A DNA stretch of 50,130 nt from positions 1-50,130 of the forward strand of contig CACZPW010000225.1 of assembly GCA_902783115.1 (NCBI GenBank), in the 5' to 3' direction. A program made the translations under genes and the position numbers. Below the pieces are notes generated by a model, which saw only the letters and a list, made by a program, of their open reading frames with translations, made no database searches and had not been told where the DNA came from. This document shows positions 37,294 to 45,037 of this stretch, in pieces. Within the stretch, counting starts at the first letter, position 1; the number at the start of each line of letters is the position of its first letter. This DNA comes from an uncultured Ruminococcus sp. (GTDB taxonomy: Bacteria > Bacillota > Clostridia > UBA1381).

Positions 37294-39487
37294 CAGATTG
37301 AAGCTTATGCGTGAAACAAAAATCAAGCATACTTTTGAAAAAAGAACACAAAACGGGTATACCGATGTCGATGATTACGGTACTGTTCCCATTACGGACG
37401 GTTATGATGTTGAGCCGTGGTATAACGCTATGGACGGCAGATTTTTCGGCTATGAGGGAATGTGTGAAAACTTCTGCCGCGTGATCGATGCGCATCCTGC
37501 GTATGTCGATCCCATGGAGATGCTTTGCGGCAGGTGGCGTGATATGCTTGAAAATTACCGGGGTGATGTAAATTATCTTCCCGATTGGATAAAAAATAAG
37601 TCAAAGCTTATGGACCGTATAAAAGGCGGTGATGGGTGCAGCAGAAACTGGAACGAGCAACGGTTTCCCTATGACGATTTAAAGCCGTTACAGGAAAAGT
37701 ATAATATCGAATCCGGCATAGAAGGCAATTCACATCTTGCCTGTGATTACCGCATCGGTTTTTCGCTTGGGTTTGGCGGACTTTTGGATAAAATAGAAAA
37801 ATACAGAAAAATAAATCCCGATAAATCCGATTTTTATGATGCGGAGGAAAAGACCCTTCTTGCAATAGTCAGATTTATCGACAGGCATATTGAAAAAACA
37901 GATGAGCTTTTAAAAACAGAGGACAGAAAAGAGATAAGAGCAAGTCTTGAAACTATGAAACAGGTTTGCCAAAACATAAGGACAGGCGCACCAAAGACAT
38001 TCCATGAGGCGTGTCAGTGGACAGCGTTCTTTATTTGTGCGTCAAGGATTTATACCCGCGACGGCGCGGGGTTTCAGATGGATACGCTTTTGTATCCGTA
38101 CTATAAGCGTGATATTGAGGCAGGGATTTTGGACGATGAAACGGCAAAATTCTTAATTGCAAATCTTTTATTGATCGATCCGCACTATTACCAGATCTCA
38201 GGCGTTGACGAAAACGATAACGATATGACAAACCACCTTTCATACCTTATATTGGAGGCGGCGGACAGTATAGATATTGCCTGCAACCTGACTGTAAGGG
38301 TACATAAAAACTGCGACAGAAAGTTTTTTGAAAAGGCGGTATATTATCTGCTTAAAAACAAAAACGGCTGGCCGAGATTCTGTAATGATGACGCCCTTTG
38401 TAACGGATATATGAAAAACGGAGTCGATAAAAAGACGGCAAGGGAAAGAATAGCGGTAGGCTGTAACTGGATGTGTGTTCCGGGTAAGGAATTTCCGATG
38501 AACGACACGGTAAAGATAAATATAGCAAAGGTCATGGAAGCGGCGCTTTTTGATATGCGAAACGAGGCTCTGAGGAGTACCGAAAGGCTTTTTGAGTTAT
38601 TTAAAGAGCATCTTAGGATAGCAGTTGACACAACGGCAAAGGGTGTGAATCTTCATATAGACCATCAGGCGGAGGTAACGCCCGAACTTGTAATGAATCT
38701 TATGATGGAAAATACCATAGAACAAGGCGAGGATATTTCAAGATGTGCCTCATTGTATACGGTAGGTGTTGACGGTGCGGGACTTGCGGTAGTTGCGGAT
38801 TCGTTTGGAGCACTCCAAACAAGAGTGGAACAGGAAAAGGTGCTTACATGGGATGAGGTATATGAAGCTCTTGACAATAATTTTGAGGATGAGAGAACGC
38901 GCCTTATCTTAAACAGCGCACCCAAATACTGTCATGGTAACACCGTATCGGATGAATGGGCAAAGAGGCTTACGGATTGTTGGGTGGAAAGTATAGTAAA
39001 TCAGAAGATGCCGGAGGGCAGATGCCTTGTTCCGGGCTGGTTTTCGTGGGCAAGAACGATCGAATACGGCTCAAAGGTAGGAGCTACGCCAAACGGAAGA
39101 AGAAAGGGCGAGCCTATATCGCATGGCGCAAACCCGAATCCGCATTTCAGGGCTGACGGAGCACCTACGGCACAGTCAAACGGAATAGCGTCTGTTCAGT
39201 GCGGTTATGGGAATACGGCACCGCTTCAGATAGAGTTTGACCCCAAGCTTGCGGCTGATGAAAAGGGTGTTGAGATAGTGGGAAAACTGATATTGGGACA
39301 TTTTGAACAGGGCGGAACGCTGATAAACATAAATATACTTGATAAGGAAACGATATTGGAGGCAAACAAGGATCCCGATCTGTACCCCGACCTTGTGGTA
39401 AGGGTAACAGGCTTTACAGCGTATTTTGCAAGCCTTTCACCAAAATTCCGCCAGCTTGTAGTGGACAGATTTTTAGAAGGAGTATAA
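37277..39487 (+). CDS. Glycyl-radical enzyme (PFL-superfamily, 736 aa) with an atypical Cys loop
   Basis: GGAGGAG RBS at 37261-37267. The C-terminal glycyl-radical motif is VVRVTGFTAYFASLSPKFRQLVVDR (Gly codon 39410-39412). The Cys loop is AVGCNWMCVPGKE (Cys codon 38462-38464). The family-typical ATPNGRRKGEPISHGANP...GAPTA is present. Confidence 0.9.
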   Translation: MLTYDDRLKLMRETKIKHTFEKRTQNGYTDVDDYGTVPITDGYDVEPWYNAMDGRFFGYEGMCENFCRVIDAHPAYVDPMEMLCGRWRDMLENYRGDVNYLPDWIKNKSKLMDRIKGGDGCSRNWNEQRFPYDDLKPLQEKYNIESGIEGNSHLACDYRIGFSLGFGGLLDKIEKYRKINPDKSDFYDAEEKTLLAIVRFIDRHIEKTDELLKTEDRKEIRASLETMKQVCQNIRTGAPKTFHEACQWTAFFICASRIYTRDGAGFQMDTLLYPYYKRDIEAGILDDETAKFLIANLLLIDPHYYQISGVDENDNDMTNHLSYLILEAADSIDIACNLTVRVHKNCDRKFFEKAVYYLLKNKNGWPRFCNDDALCNGYMKNGVDKKTARERIAVGCNWMCVPGKEFPMNDTVKINIAKVMEAALFDMRNEALRSTERLFELFKEHLRIAVDTTAKGVNLHIDHQAEVTPELVMNLMMENTIEQGEDISRCASLYTVGVDGAGLAVVADSFGALQTRVEQEKVLTWDEVYEALDNNFEDERTRLILNSAPKYCHGNTVSDEWAKRLTDCWVESIVNQKMPEGRCLVPGWFSWARTIEYGSKVGATPNGRRKGEPISHGANPNPHFRADGAPTAQSNGIASVQCGYGNTAPLQIEFDPKLAADEKGVEIVGKLILGHFEQGGTLININILDKETILEANKDPDLYPDLVVRVTGFTAYFASLSPKFRQLVVDRFLEGV

Positions 39488-39552
39488 CTGCATATTGAAT
39501 AAATAAGCGGTTATTCAGGAAAATTTATTGTTAAGACTGAGAGGTATAAGAC

Positions 39553-40578
39553 ATGAAATATAAAGAGTTGGTAAAAAGAGTTGCAGACAGAATGATCGAT
39601 GAAAACCCTGTTTCGAGAGTTATGACAATAACTGAATTTGACTGGGTTGACGGCGTAGGAATGTACGGTCTGCTTCGTGCGGCGCAAAAATACGGTTTTG
39701 ATGAATATGTACGGTTTATGAAGCAATGGGTGGAAAGCAATAAAGACAAGGCATACCGTATAAACACCGTAAACGGCACGGCTGCAATGATCGCAATATT
39801 GGATATGTGCGGCGGCTTAGACGATGAAAATATAGATTTGTGCAGATATGTGGGCGAGTATATCATAAACGATGCGGACAGAACAGACAACGGAGCGCTT
39901 GAGCATACGGTTACGGACCCGAATTTTGTATTTCATCAGCAGATGTGGGCAGATACTCTGTTTATGAGCTGTATATTCCTTGCAAAGCTCGGCAAGAAAA
40001 CGGGCGAAAAGAAATATGCCGATGAGGCTGTAAAACAGCTCAGGCTGCATCATAAATTCCTCAAAGACAAAGAAACGGGCTTGTTTTTCCACGGCTATTC
40101 CTGTATAACTAAGGATAATATGTCATCTATTGACTGGGCGAGAGCCAATGCGTGGATCACGGCAAGTACGGTAGAGATATTGGAACTCTTACCTGCGGAT
40201 TTTGAGGGCAGGGACGAAATACTTTACTCATTAAACGAGCAGGTCGAGGGATATGCAAAGTATCAGCGCAGCAGCGGTATGATCACAACCATTATCAATG
40301 ATCCGACAAGTTATGAGGAAACCTCCGCTACAGCAGGCATGGCGTACGGTATATGCAGAGGAATTAAAGACGGTTATATTGACGCCAAATATGCAGATGT
40401 ATATAAAAGAGCGGTTGACGGTGTTATAAGAATGATTGACAGTGAGGGATATGTTGGCGGCGTGTCTTCGGGAACTCCTGTTATGCCCGATGCACAAGGC
40501 TATAAGGACATCATCATTGAGCCGATCTTATACGGACAGGCACTAACTGTAATGATGTTGTGTGAAGTCGATGGCTGA
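39553..40578 (+). CDS. GH105/GH88-type unsaturated (rhamno)galacturonyl/glucuronyl hydrolase, cytoplasmic
   Basis: No signal peptide. Motifs are WVDGVGMYGLL, MWADTLFMSCIFLAKLG, GLFFHGY, DWARANAW, YEETSATAGMAYG and GVSSGTPV. These match my recollection of the YteR/YesR/UGL (alpha/alpha)6 family. Confidence 0.8.
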   Translation: MKYKELVKRVADRMIDENPVSRVMTITEFDWVDGVGMYGLLRAAQKYGFDEYVRFMKQWVESNKDKAYRINTVNGTAAMIAILDMCGGLDDENIDLCRYVGEYIINDADRTDNGALEHTVTDPNFVFHQQMWADTLFMSCIFLAKLGKKTGEKKYADEAVKQLRLHHKFLKDKETGLFFHGYSCITKDNMSSIDWARANAWITASTVEILELLPADFEGRDEILYSLNEQVEGYAKYQRSSGMITTIINDPTSYEETSATAGMAYGICRGIKDGYIDAKYADVYKRAVDGVIRMIDSEGYVGGVSSGTPVMPDAQGYKDIIIEPILYGQALTVMMLCEVDG

Positions 40579-40622
40579 TCACTTTGGATAAACCGGTGTT
40601 TTTATAAATACAAATAAAAGTA

Positions 40623-40651
40623 TTGACATATTATGTATAATATGATAAACT
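40623..40651 (+). promoter_or_regulatory. Candidate sigma-A promoter for the second activase/GRE/kinase/isomerase unit
   Basis: Consensus TTGACA (40623-40628), a 17-nt spacer, then an extended -10 TGaTAAACT (TAAACT at 40646-40651). Confidence 0.6.
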
Positions 40652-40682
40652 CTAATTAGTTAAAGAGTTTAACTAATTAGAG
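40650..40682. promoter_or_regulatory. Perfect 15-bp inverted repeat; candidate operator or RBS-occluding hairpin
   Basis: CTCTAATTAGTTAAA-gag-TTTAACTAATTAGAG has no mismatch. It starts inside the -10 element and ends inside the GAGGTG RBS of the activase gene. Confidence 0.7.
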
Positions 40683-40691
40683 GTGTTTTTT

Positions 40692-41393
40692 ATGCGGATC
40701 TTCAGCAAAGGCTTTAATTTTAATCAGGACGGACCGGGAAACAGGCTTGTCTATCATCTTCAGGGCTGTAATATGAGGTGTATATGGTGTTCCAATCCTG
40801 AAGGTATGTCATTGGACGGGGGAGAGGAATATACGGTTTTGGAGATGCTTGATGAGTGCATAAGGAGTAAACTGATGTTTTTTTCCGGCGGAGGGGTCAC
40901 ATTCACAGGCGGTGAGGCAACAGTGCAGTATAGCGAGCTTCAAGAGCTTATAAAGCTCTTGAAGAGCGAAAATATCCACACCTGCATTGAAACAAACGGG
41001 ACATCGAAAGGGCTTACAGAGCTTTTGCAATATATTGATTATCTGATAATGGATTTTAAACACTACGATAGCAGAACACTGGAAAAATACACAGGCATCG
41101 GGAACGATACGGTAAAAATGAATTATGAAAGCAACTGTAAAACCGGAAGACAGCAGCATATAAGGATCCCGTTGATCAATGGAATAAATACGGATGATCC
41201 AAACGGATTTGCAGAGTATTTTTCAAGATTTGATACAAAAAACACCGTGTTTGAGTTTTTGTCCTACCACGAGTATGGCAGGCAAAAATGGAAAGGTGAG
41301 TATAAAGTAAAAAATGGATTTGTTCCGTCCGAAACGCTTGAAAAGTTTAAAGAGACCTTTATGGCATATAATCTTAATTTAATAACCACATAG
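40692..41393 (+). CDS. Glycyl-radical enzyme activating enzyme, minimal PflA-like type with no ferredoxin insert
   Basis: The radical-SAM motif is GCNMRCIWCSNPE and the SAM-binding-like segment is GGGVTFTGGEATVQ. I prefer the ATG at 40692 (GAGGTG RBS 6 nt upstream) over the track GTG at 40683. Confidence 0.9.
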   Translation: MRIFSKGFNFNQDGPGNRLVYHLQGCNMRCIWCSNPEGMSLDGGEEYTVLEMLDECIRSKLMFFSGGGVTFTGGEATVQYSELQELIKLLKSENIHTCIETNGTSKGLTELLQYIDYLIMDFKHYDSRTLEKYTGIGNDTVKMNYESNCKTGRQQHIRIPLINGINTDDPNGFAEYFSRFDTKNTVFEFLSYHEYGRQKWKGEYKVKNGFVPSETLEKFKETFMAYNLNLITT

Positions 41394-41405
41394 GAGGTGC
41401 TGATT

Positions 41406-43733
41406 ATGTTTGGAATTTACAAAAGCGGTGAAATCACTCAAATGGCAAAGGAGCTCTATAAGGAAGAAAGGCAAATAAAAAGACTTGACGGATGGTTCAG
41501 AGCAAAAGAAATTGAGATGCTGGCAAATGAGAAATACTCTGACTGCACTCCCGACGTTAAGCAAGCATACCTTCTGTGCGAGGTTTTAAAGGCGATCCCC
41601 ATATCCATAAGCGACAATGCGATTTTTGCGGGAACCCAGCGCGATGCTTTTGCAAAAAGCTATGCGCTCATCAACCCGTCCTTTACTGTTGAGGGGTTTT
41701 CGGGGTATTGCGACCCTATGGCAATATATAATGATATTGAGCCAAACGATGAATTTACAAAAGAGCGAATAGATAAGGTACGCTCCTTTACGGCAAAAAC
41801 AAAAATGGTTGAAATGCTAAATAAAACCTATGCTGAAGCGGAAAATTATACAAAAGAGGTCATATTTTTTGTCGAACAGGTAACGGGACATGTGATTCCG
41901 GATTTCAGGTCTGCGTTGAAATACGGCGTTGATGCGCTTATTGAAGAAGCAAATTCAAAGACGGGCGAGTTTTATAAAGCCGCAGCAATAGCCCTTAGCG
42001 GTGTAAAAATTCTTGCGGACAGATATATAGGACTTATCAGGGAGCAAAAGCAAAGCTGTACACAAAAAAGGCTTGAACAGCTTAAAATTCTTGAGGAGAC
42101 GCTTGTAAATATTTCATCTGAGGGCGCAAAAAATCTGTATGAAGCGATCCAACTGTACATTTTACTGTGGGAGATTATGTGTATCGAACAGGCGCCCAAT
42201 CCATACGCCTTTTCCGTGGGTAATGCGGACAGGATTTTTGAGCCCTACAGAGGTGGGCTTTCAAGGGAGGAAGCAAGCGAGCTGTTCAAGCATTTTCTTG
42301 TTTTCTACAATGTAGGCGACCGCAGCTGGGCTATTTCTCAGAATGTTCTTATCAGCGGCAGGGATATTGACGGCAATGACCTCACAAATACAATGTCCTA
42401 TGCTATTATGGACGCATACTATGATATGAATTTACCGCAGCCCATCTTGTCGGTGAAGCTGCATAAGAATACCCCGCAAGAGCTATATGCCCAAATGGGA
42501 AGATTTTTCTTTTCGCCCGGGGTACTTACGCCGTCGCTATTCAATGATGACGCATTGTTTGAGGTCTTGAAGAATAACGGAGTGGATGCGGAGGATATTC
42601 CCGATTATTCTGTAGCGGGCTGTCAGGAGCCGCTGATTATGGGAAGAGATAACGGCAATACAACAAACAGTTGGCTTAATCTTCCAAAGGTGCTTGAAAT
42701 GGTTTTAACGGGAGGCTGTTCCACAATAACGGGTGATAAACTTATAAATACGCCTCCGTATACCCTTGAAAACATAAGAGATGTGTTTTACAAAGCATTG
42801 GATAAAGTGTGCGACAAAATGGTTCAGGCGGCAAACGGTGCTTCCTGTGCACTATCAGAGCTCAGAGTGCCGTTTTTAAGCGTGTTTATGGGCGGGCTTA
42901 CATCTGGTGCGGATATGCGCGATACTAAAAAGCAGGGCACAAAATATAACGGAAGCGGGTGTTTGGTGCACGGGCTTAGTGTTCTTGCCGATTCGTTTGT
43001 CGCCATTGATGAGTTTGCAAAAAAATATCCCGATGGAAAGGAAATGCTCATAAGTGCGATAAAGAGTGATTTCGAAGGCTATAAAGATTTAAGGGAATTT
43101 CTTTTATCATGCCCAAAGTTTGGGAACAATACAGAGGTTGTTGATAAAGAGGCGAGGGAAATTGCCATCAGGGTTTCTAAATTATTACGCTCAAAGAAAA
43201 ACTATTTGGGGAATCCGTTAAGACCTGACTTTTCAAGCCCGTCAACACACCTTACATACGGTTATTGGGTGGGAGCAACCCCGGACGGAAGAAAGAGCCG
43301 CGATATGCTTGGCTACGGTGTCGATCCGCTTTACGGTGAGGCATCAAATGGGTTGGGCTTCAGAATGCTTTCAAATATGCAGCTTCCGTTTGAAGAATTT
43401 AACGGCGGGTATGCCTCGCATCTTGGTATTGATCCAAAATACTTTGCAGGCGGTGATTACGGAGAAAAGGGAGTAGCATTCTATCAAAACATTGTCCGCC
43501 CGCTGTTCTTTAATGAGCTTAAAGACGGTGTATCGCCTTTTTATCTGTATGTAAATGTAACCACGCCCGAAACCTTGAGAAAGGTTTTGGCGAATCCGCA
43601 AAAATATGCGCCAAGCGGCGTGTATATAATGAGAATACACGGAACATTTGTGAATTTTCTCGATTTATCGCCACAGATACAGCGGGATATTATTACAAGG
43701 CTTGATCTTAAATCAACATCAATGGGTTGTTAG
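41406..43733 (+). CDS. Glycyl-radical enzyme (PFL-superfamily, ~775 aa) with an eliminase-like Cys-x-Glu loop
   Basis: AGGAGG RBS (41392-41397) lies 8 nt before the ATG at 41406 (the track uses GTG 41397). The Cys loop is VAGCQEPLIMG (Cys codon 42621-42623, Glu codon 42627-42629). The glycyl-radical motif is IMRIHGTFVNFLDLSPQIQRDIITR (Gly codon 43641-43643). GATPDGRKSRD is also present. Confidence 0.9.
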   Translation: MFGIYKSGEITQMAKELYKEERQIKRLDGWFRAKEIEMLANEKYSDCTPDVKQAYLLCEVLKAIPISISDNAIFAGTQRDAFAKSYALINPSFTVEGFSGYCDPMAIYNDIEPNDEFTKERIDKVRSFTAKTKMVEMLNKTYAEAENYTKEVIFFVEQVTGHVIPDFRSALKYGVDALIEEANSKTGEFYKAAAIALSGVKILADRYIGLIREQKQSCTQKRLEQLKILEETLVNISSEGAKNLYEAIQLYILLWEIMCIEQAPNPYAFSVGNADRIFEPYRGGLSREEASELFKHFLVFYNVGDRSWAISQNVLISGRDIDGNDLTNTMSYAIMDAYYDMNLPQPILSVKLHKNTPQELYAQMGRFFFSPGVLTPSLFNDDALFEVLKNNGVDAEDIPDYSVAGCQEPLIMGRDNGNTTNSWLNLPKVLEMVLTGGCSTITGDKLINTPPYTLENIRDVFYKALDKVCDKMVQAANGASCALSELRVPFLSVFMGGLTSGADMRDTKKQGTKYNGSGCLVHGLSVLADSFVAIDEFAKKYPDGKEMLISAIKSDFEGYKDLREFLLSCPKFGNNTEVVDKEAREIAIRVSKLLRSKKNYLGNPLRPDFSSPSTHLTYGYWVGATPDGRKSRDMLGYGVDPLYGEASNGLGFRMLSNMQLPFEEFNGGYASHLGIDPKYFAGGDYGEKGVAFYQNIVRPLFFNELKDGVSPFYLYVNVTTPETLRKVLANPQKYAPSGVYIMRIHGTFVNFLDLSPQIQRDIITRLDLKSTSMGC

Positions 43734-43743
43734 GGAGAGGGTT

Positions 43744-45024
43744 ATGAAGGCAATAGGAATTGATATAGGCACGACAAGCGTGTGTGGTGTGGTAATAGAT
43801 GTGCAAAGCGGCGAACTCATAACCTCAACAACCAAAAACAGCGATGCTTTTTTAGCCGGCGTAGCAGACTGGGAAAAAATACAGTCAGTTGACAAGATCA
43901 TGGATGTCGCCGTAAGCATTCTTGACGGGCTCATTGACAGCGATGTGTCTGTGATAGGCGTAACCGGTCAAATGCACGGCATAGTTTATACCGATATAAA
44001 CGCAAATGCGGTAAGCCCGTTATATACATGGCAGGACGGGAGGGGAAACCTGCCGTATAAAGATACAACGTACGCAAAGCATCTGAACAGCTTTTCCGGG
44101 TATGGGAATGTAACAGATTTTTACAACACAGAAAATGGAATAAGACCTAAAAATGCTGAAAGCTACTGTACCATACACGATTATTTCGTGATGAGGCTTT
44201 GTGGCTTGAATGTTCCGGTTATGCACTCAAGCGATGCGGCGAGTATGGGGTGTTACAGTATAAGTGAAAACAGGTTTGACTATGAGTGTAATGTTGATTT
44301 GACTTCGGATTACCGTATAGCCGGTGAGTATAAGGGTATACCCGTAAGTGTAGCGATAGGAGACAATCAGGCAAGTGTATTCTCAACTCTTGCGGATAAA
44401 AACGATATTCTTGTGAATGTAGGAACGGGAAGCCAGATTTCGATCATATCCGACAAACCCGTTGCTGCGGACAATATCGAAACACGACCGTATTTTGAAA
44501 ATGATTACCTGGTTGTCGGCTCGGCACTTTGCGGAGGCAGGGCATATTCGATGTTAAAGGATTTTTACTCGGGTGTTTTTAAGTATATTGAAGATGTCGA
44601 CGATGACAGAGTATACAAAATTATGAGCAAAATGCTCAAGGACGGTGATAAGTCATCCTTAACAGTCGACACCCGGTTTGCGGGGACCAGGAAGGATCCG
44701 AAACATTGCGGGAGCATCAGCGGAATAACCGTGGACAATTTTAAGCCCGCTTATGTTACGGTGGGCGTGCTTGACGGAATGGCGGCGGAGCTTTTTGGGA
44801 TGTATAAGCAGATGAACCGGGTAAGATATGGAATTGTCGGGTCCGGCAACGGAATACGGAAGAATCCGGCACTTGTTAAAAGGTTTGAAATGCTGTTCGG
44901 TACAGAAATGAAAATACCGAAGCATTTGGAAGAAGCTGCTTTCGGAGCGGCGTTGTTCGGTCTGATCTCCTGCGGGATCTTCAAAAATGCTGCGGAAGCA
45001 CAGAAAATTATAAGGTATAACTGA
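43744..45024 (+). CDS. FGGY-family carbohydrate kinase (sedoheptulokinase-like subgroup); substrate unknown
   Basis: GGGAGAGGG RBS before the ATG at 43744. The N-terminal ATPase motif is MKAIGIDIGTTSVCGVVID. It also has GVTGQMHGIVY, AIGDNQASV, NVGTGSQ and GSGNGIRKNPAL. Confidence 0.8.
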   Translation: MKAIGIDIGTTSVCGVVIDVQSGELITSTTKNSDAFLAGVADWEKIQSVDKIMDVAVSILDGLIDSDVSVIGVTGQMHGIVYTDINANAVSPLYTWQDGRGNLPYKDTTYAKHLNSFSGYGNVTDFYNTENGIRPKNAESYCTIHDYFVMRLCGLNVPVMHSSDAASMGCYSISENRFDYECNVDLTSDYRIAGEYKGIPVSVAIGDNQASVFSTLADKNDILVNVGTGSQISIISDKPVAADNIETRPYFENDYLVVGSALCGGRAYSMLKDFYSGVFKYIEDVDDDRVYKIMSKMLKDGDKSSLTVDTRFAGTRKDPKHCGSISGITVDNFKPAYVTVGVLDGMAAELFGMYKQMNRVRYGIVGSGNGIRKNPALVKRFEMLFGTEMKIPKHLEEAAFGAALFGLISCGIFKNAAEAQKIIRYN

Positions 45025-45037
45025 CGGAGAAAATGAT

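Noticed and set aside
36526-43733. The radical-SAM genes as RiPP maturases acting on the small 23145 peptide
   Set aside because: Each radical-SAM protein is about 235-255 aa, lacks a SPASM or RRE-like extension, and is translationally coupled to a PFL-superfamily gene carrying a glycyl-radical motif. They are classical GRE activases. The peptide is 13 kb away in another operon and has no Cys.
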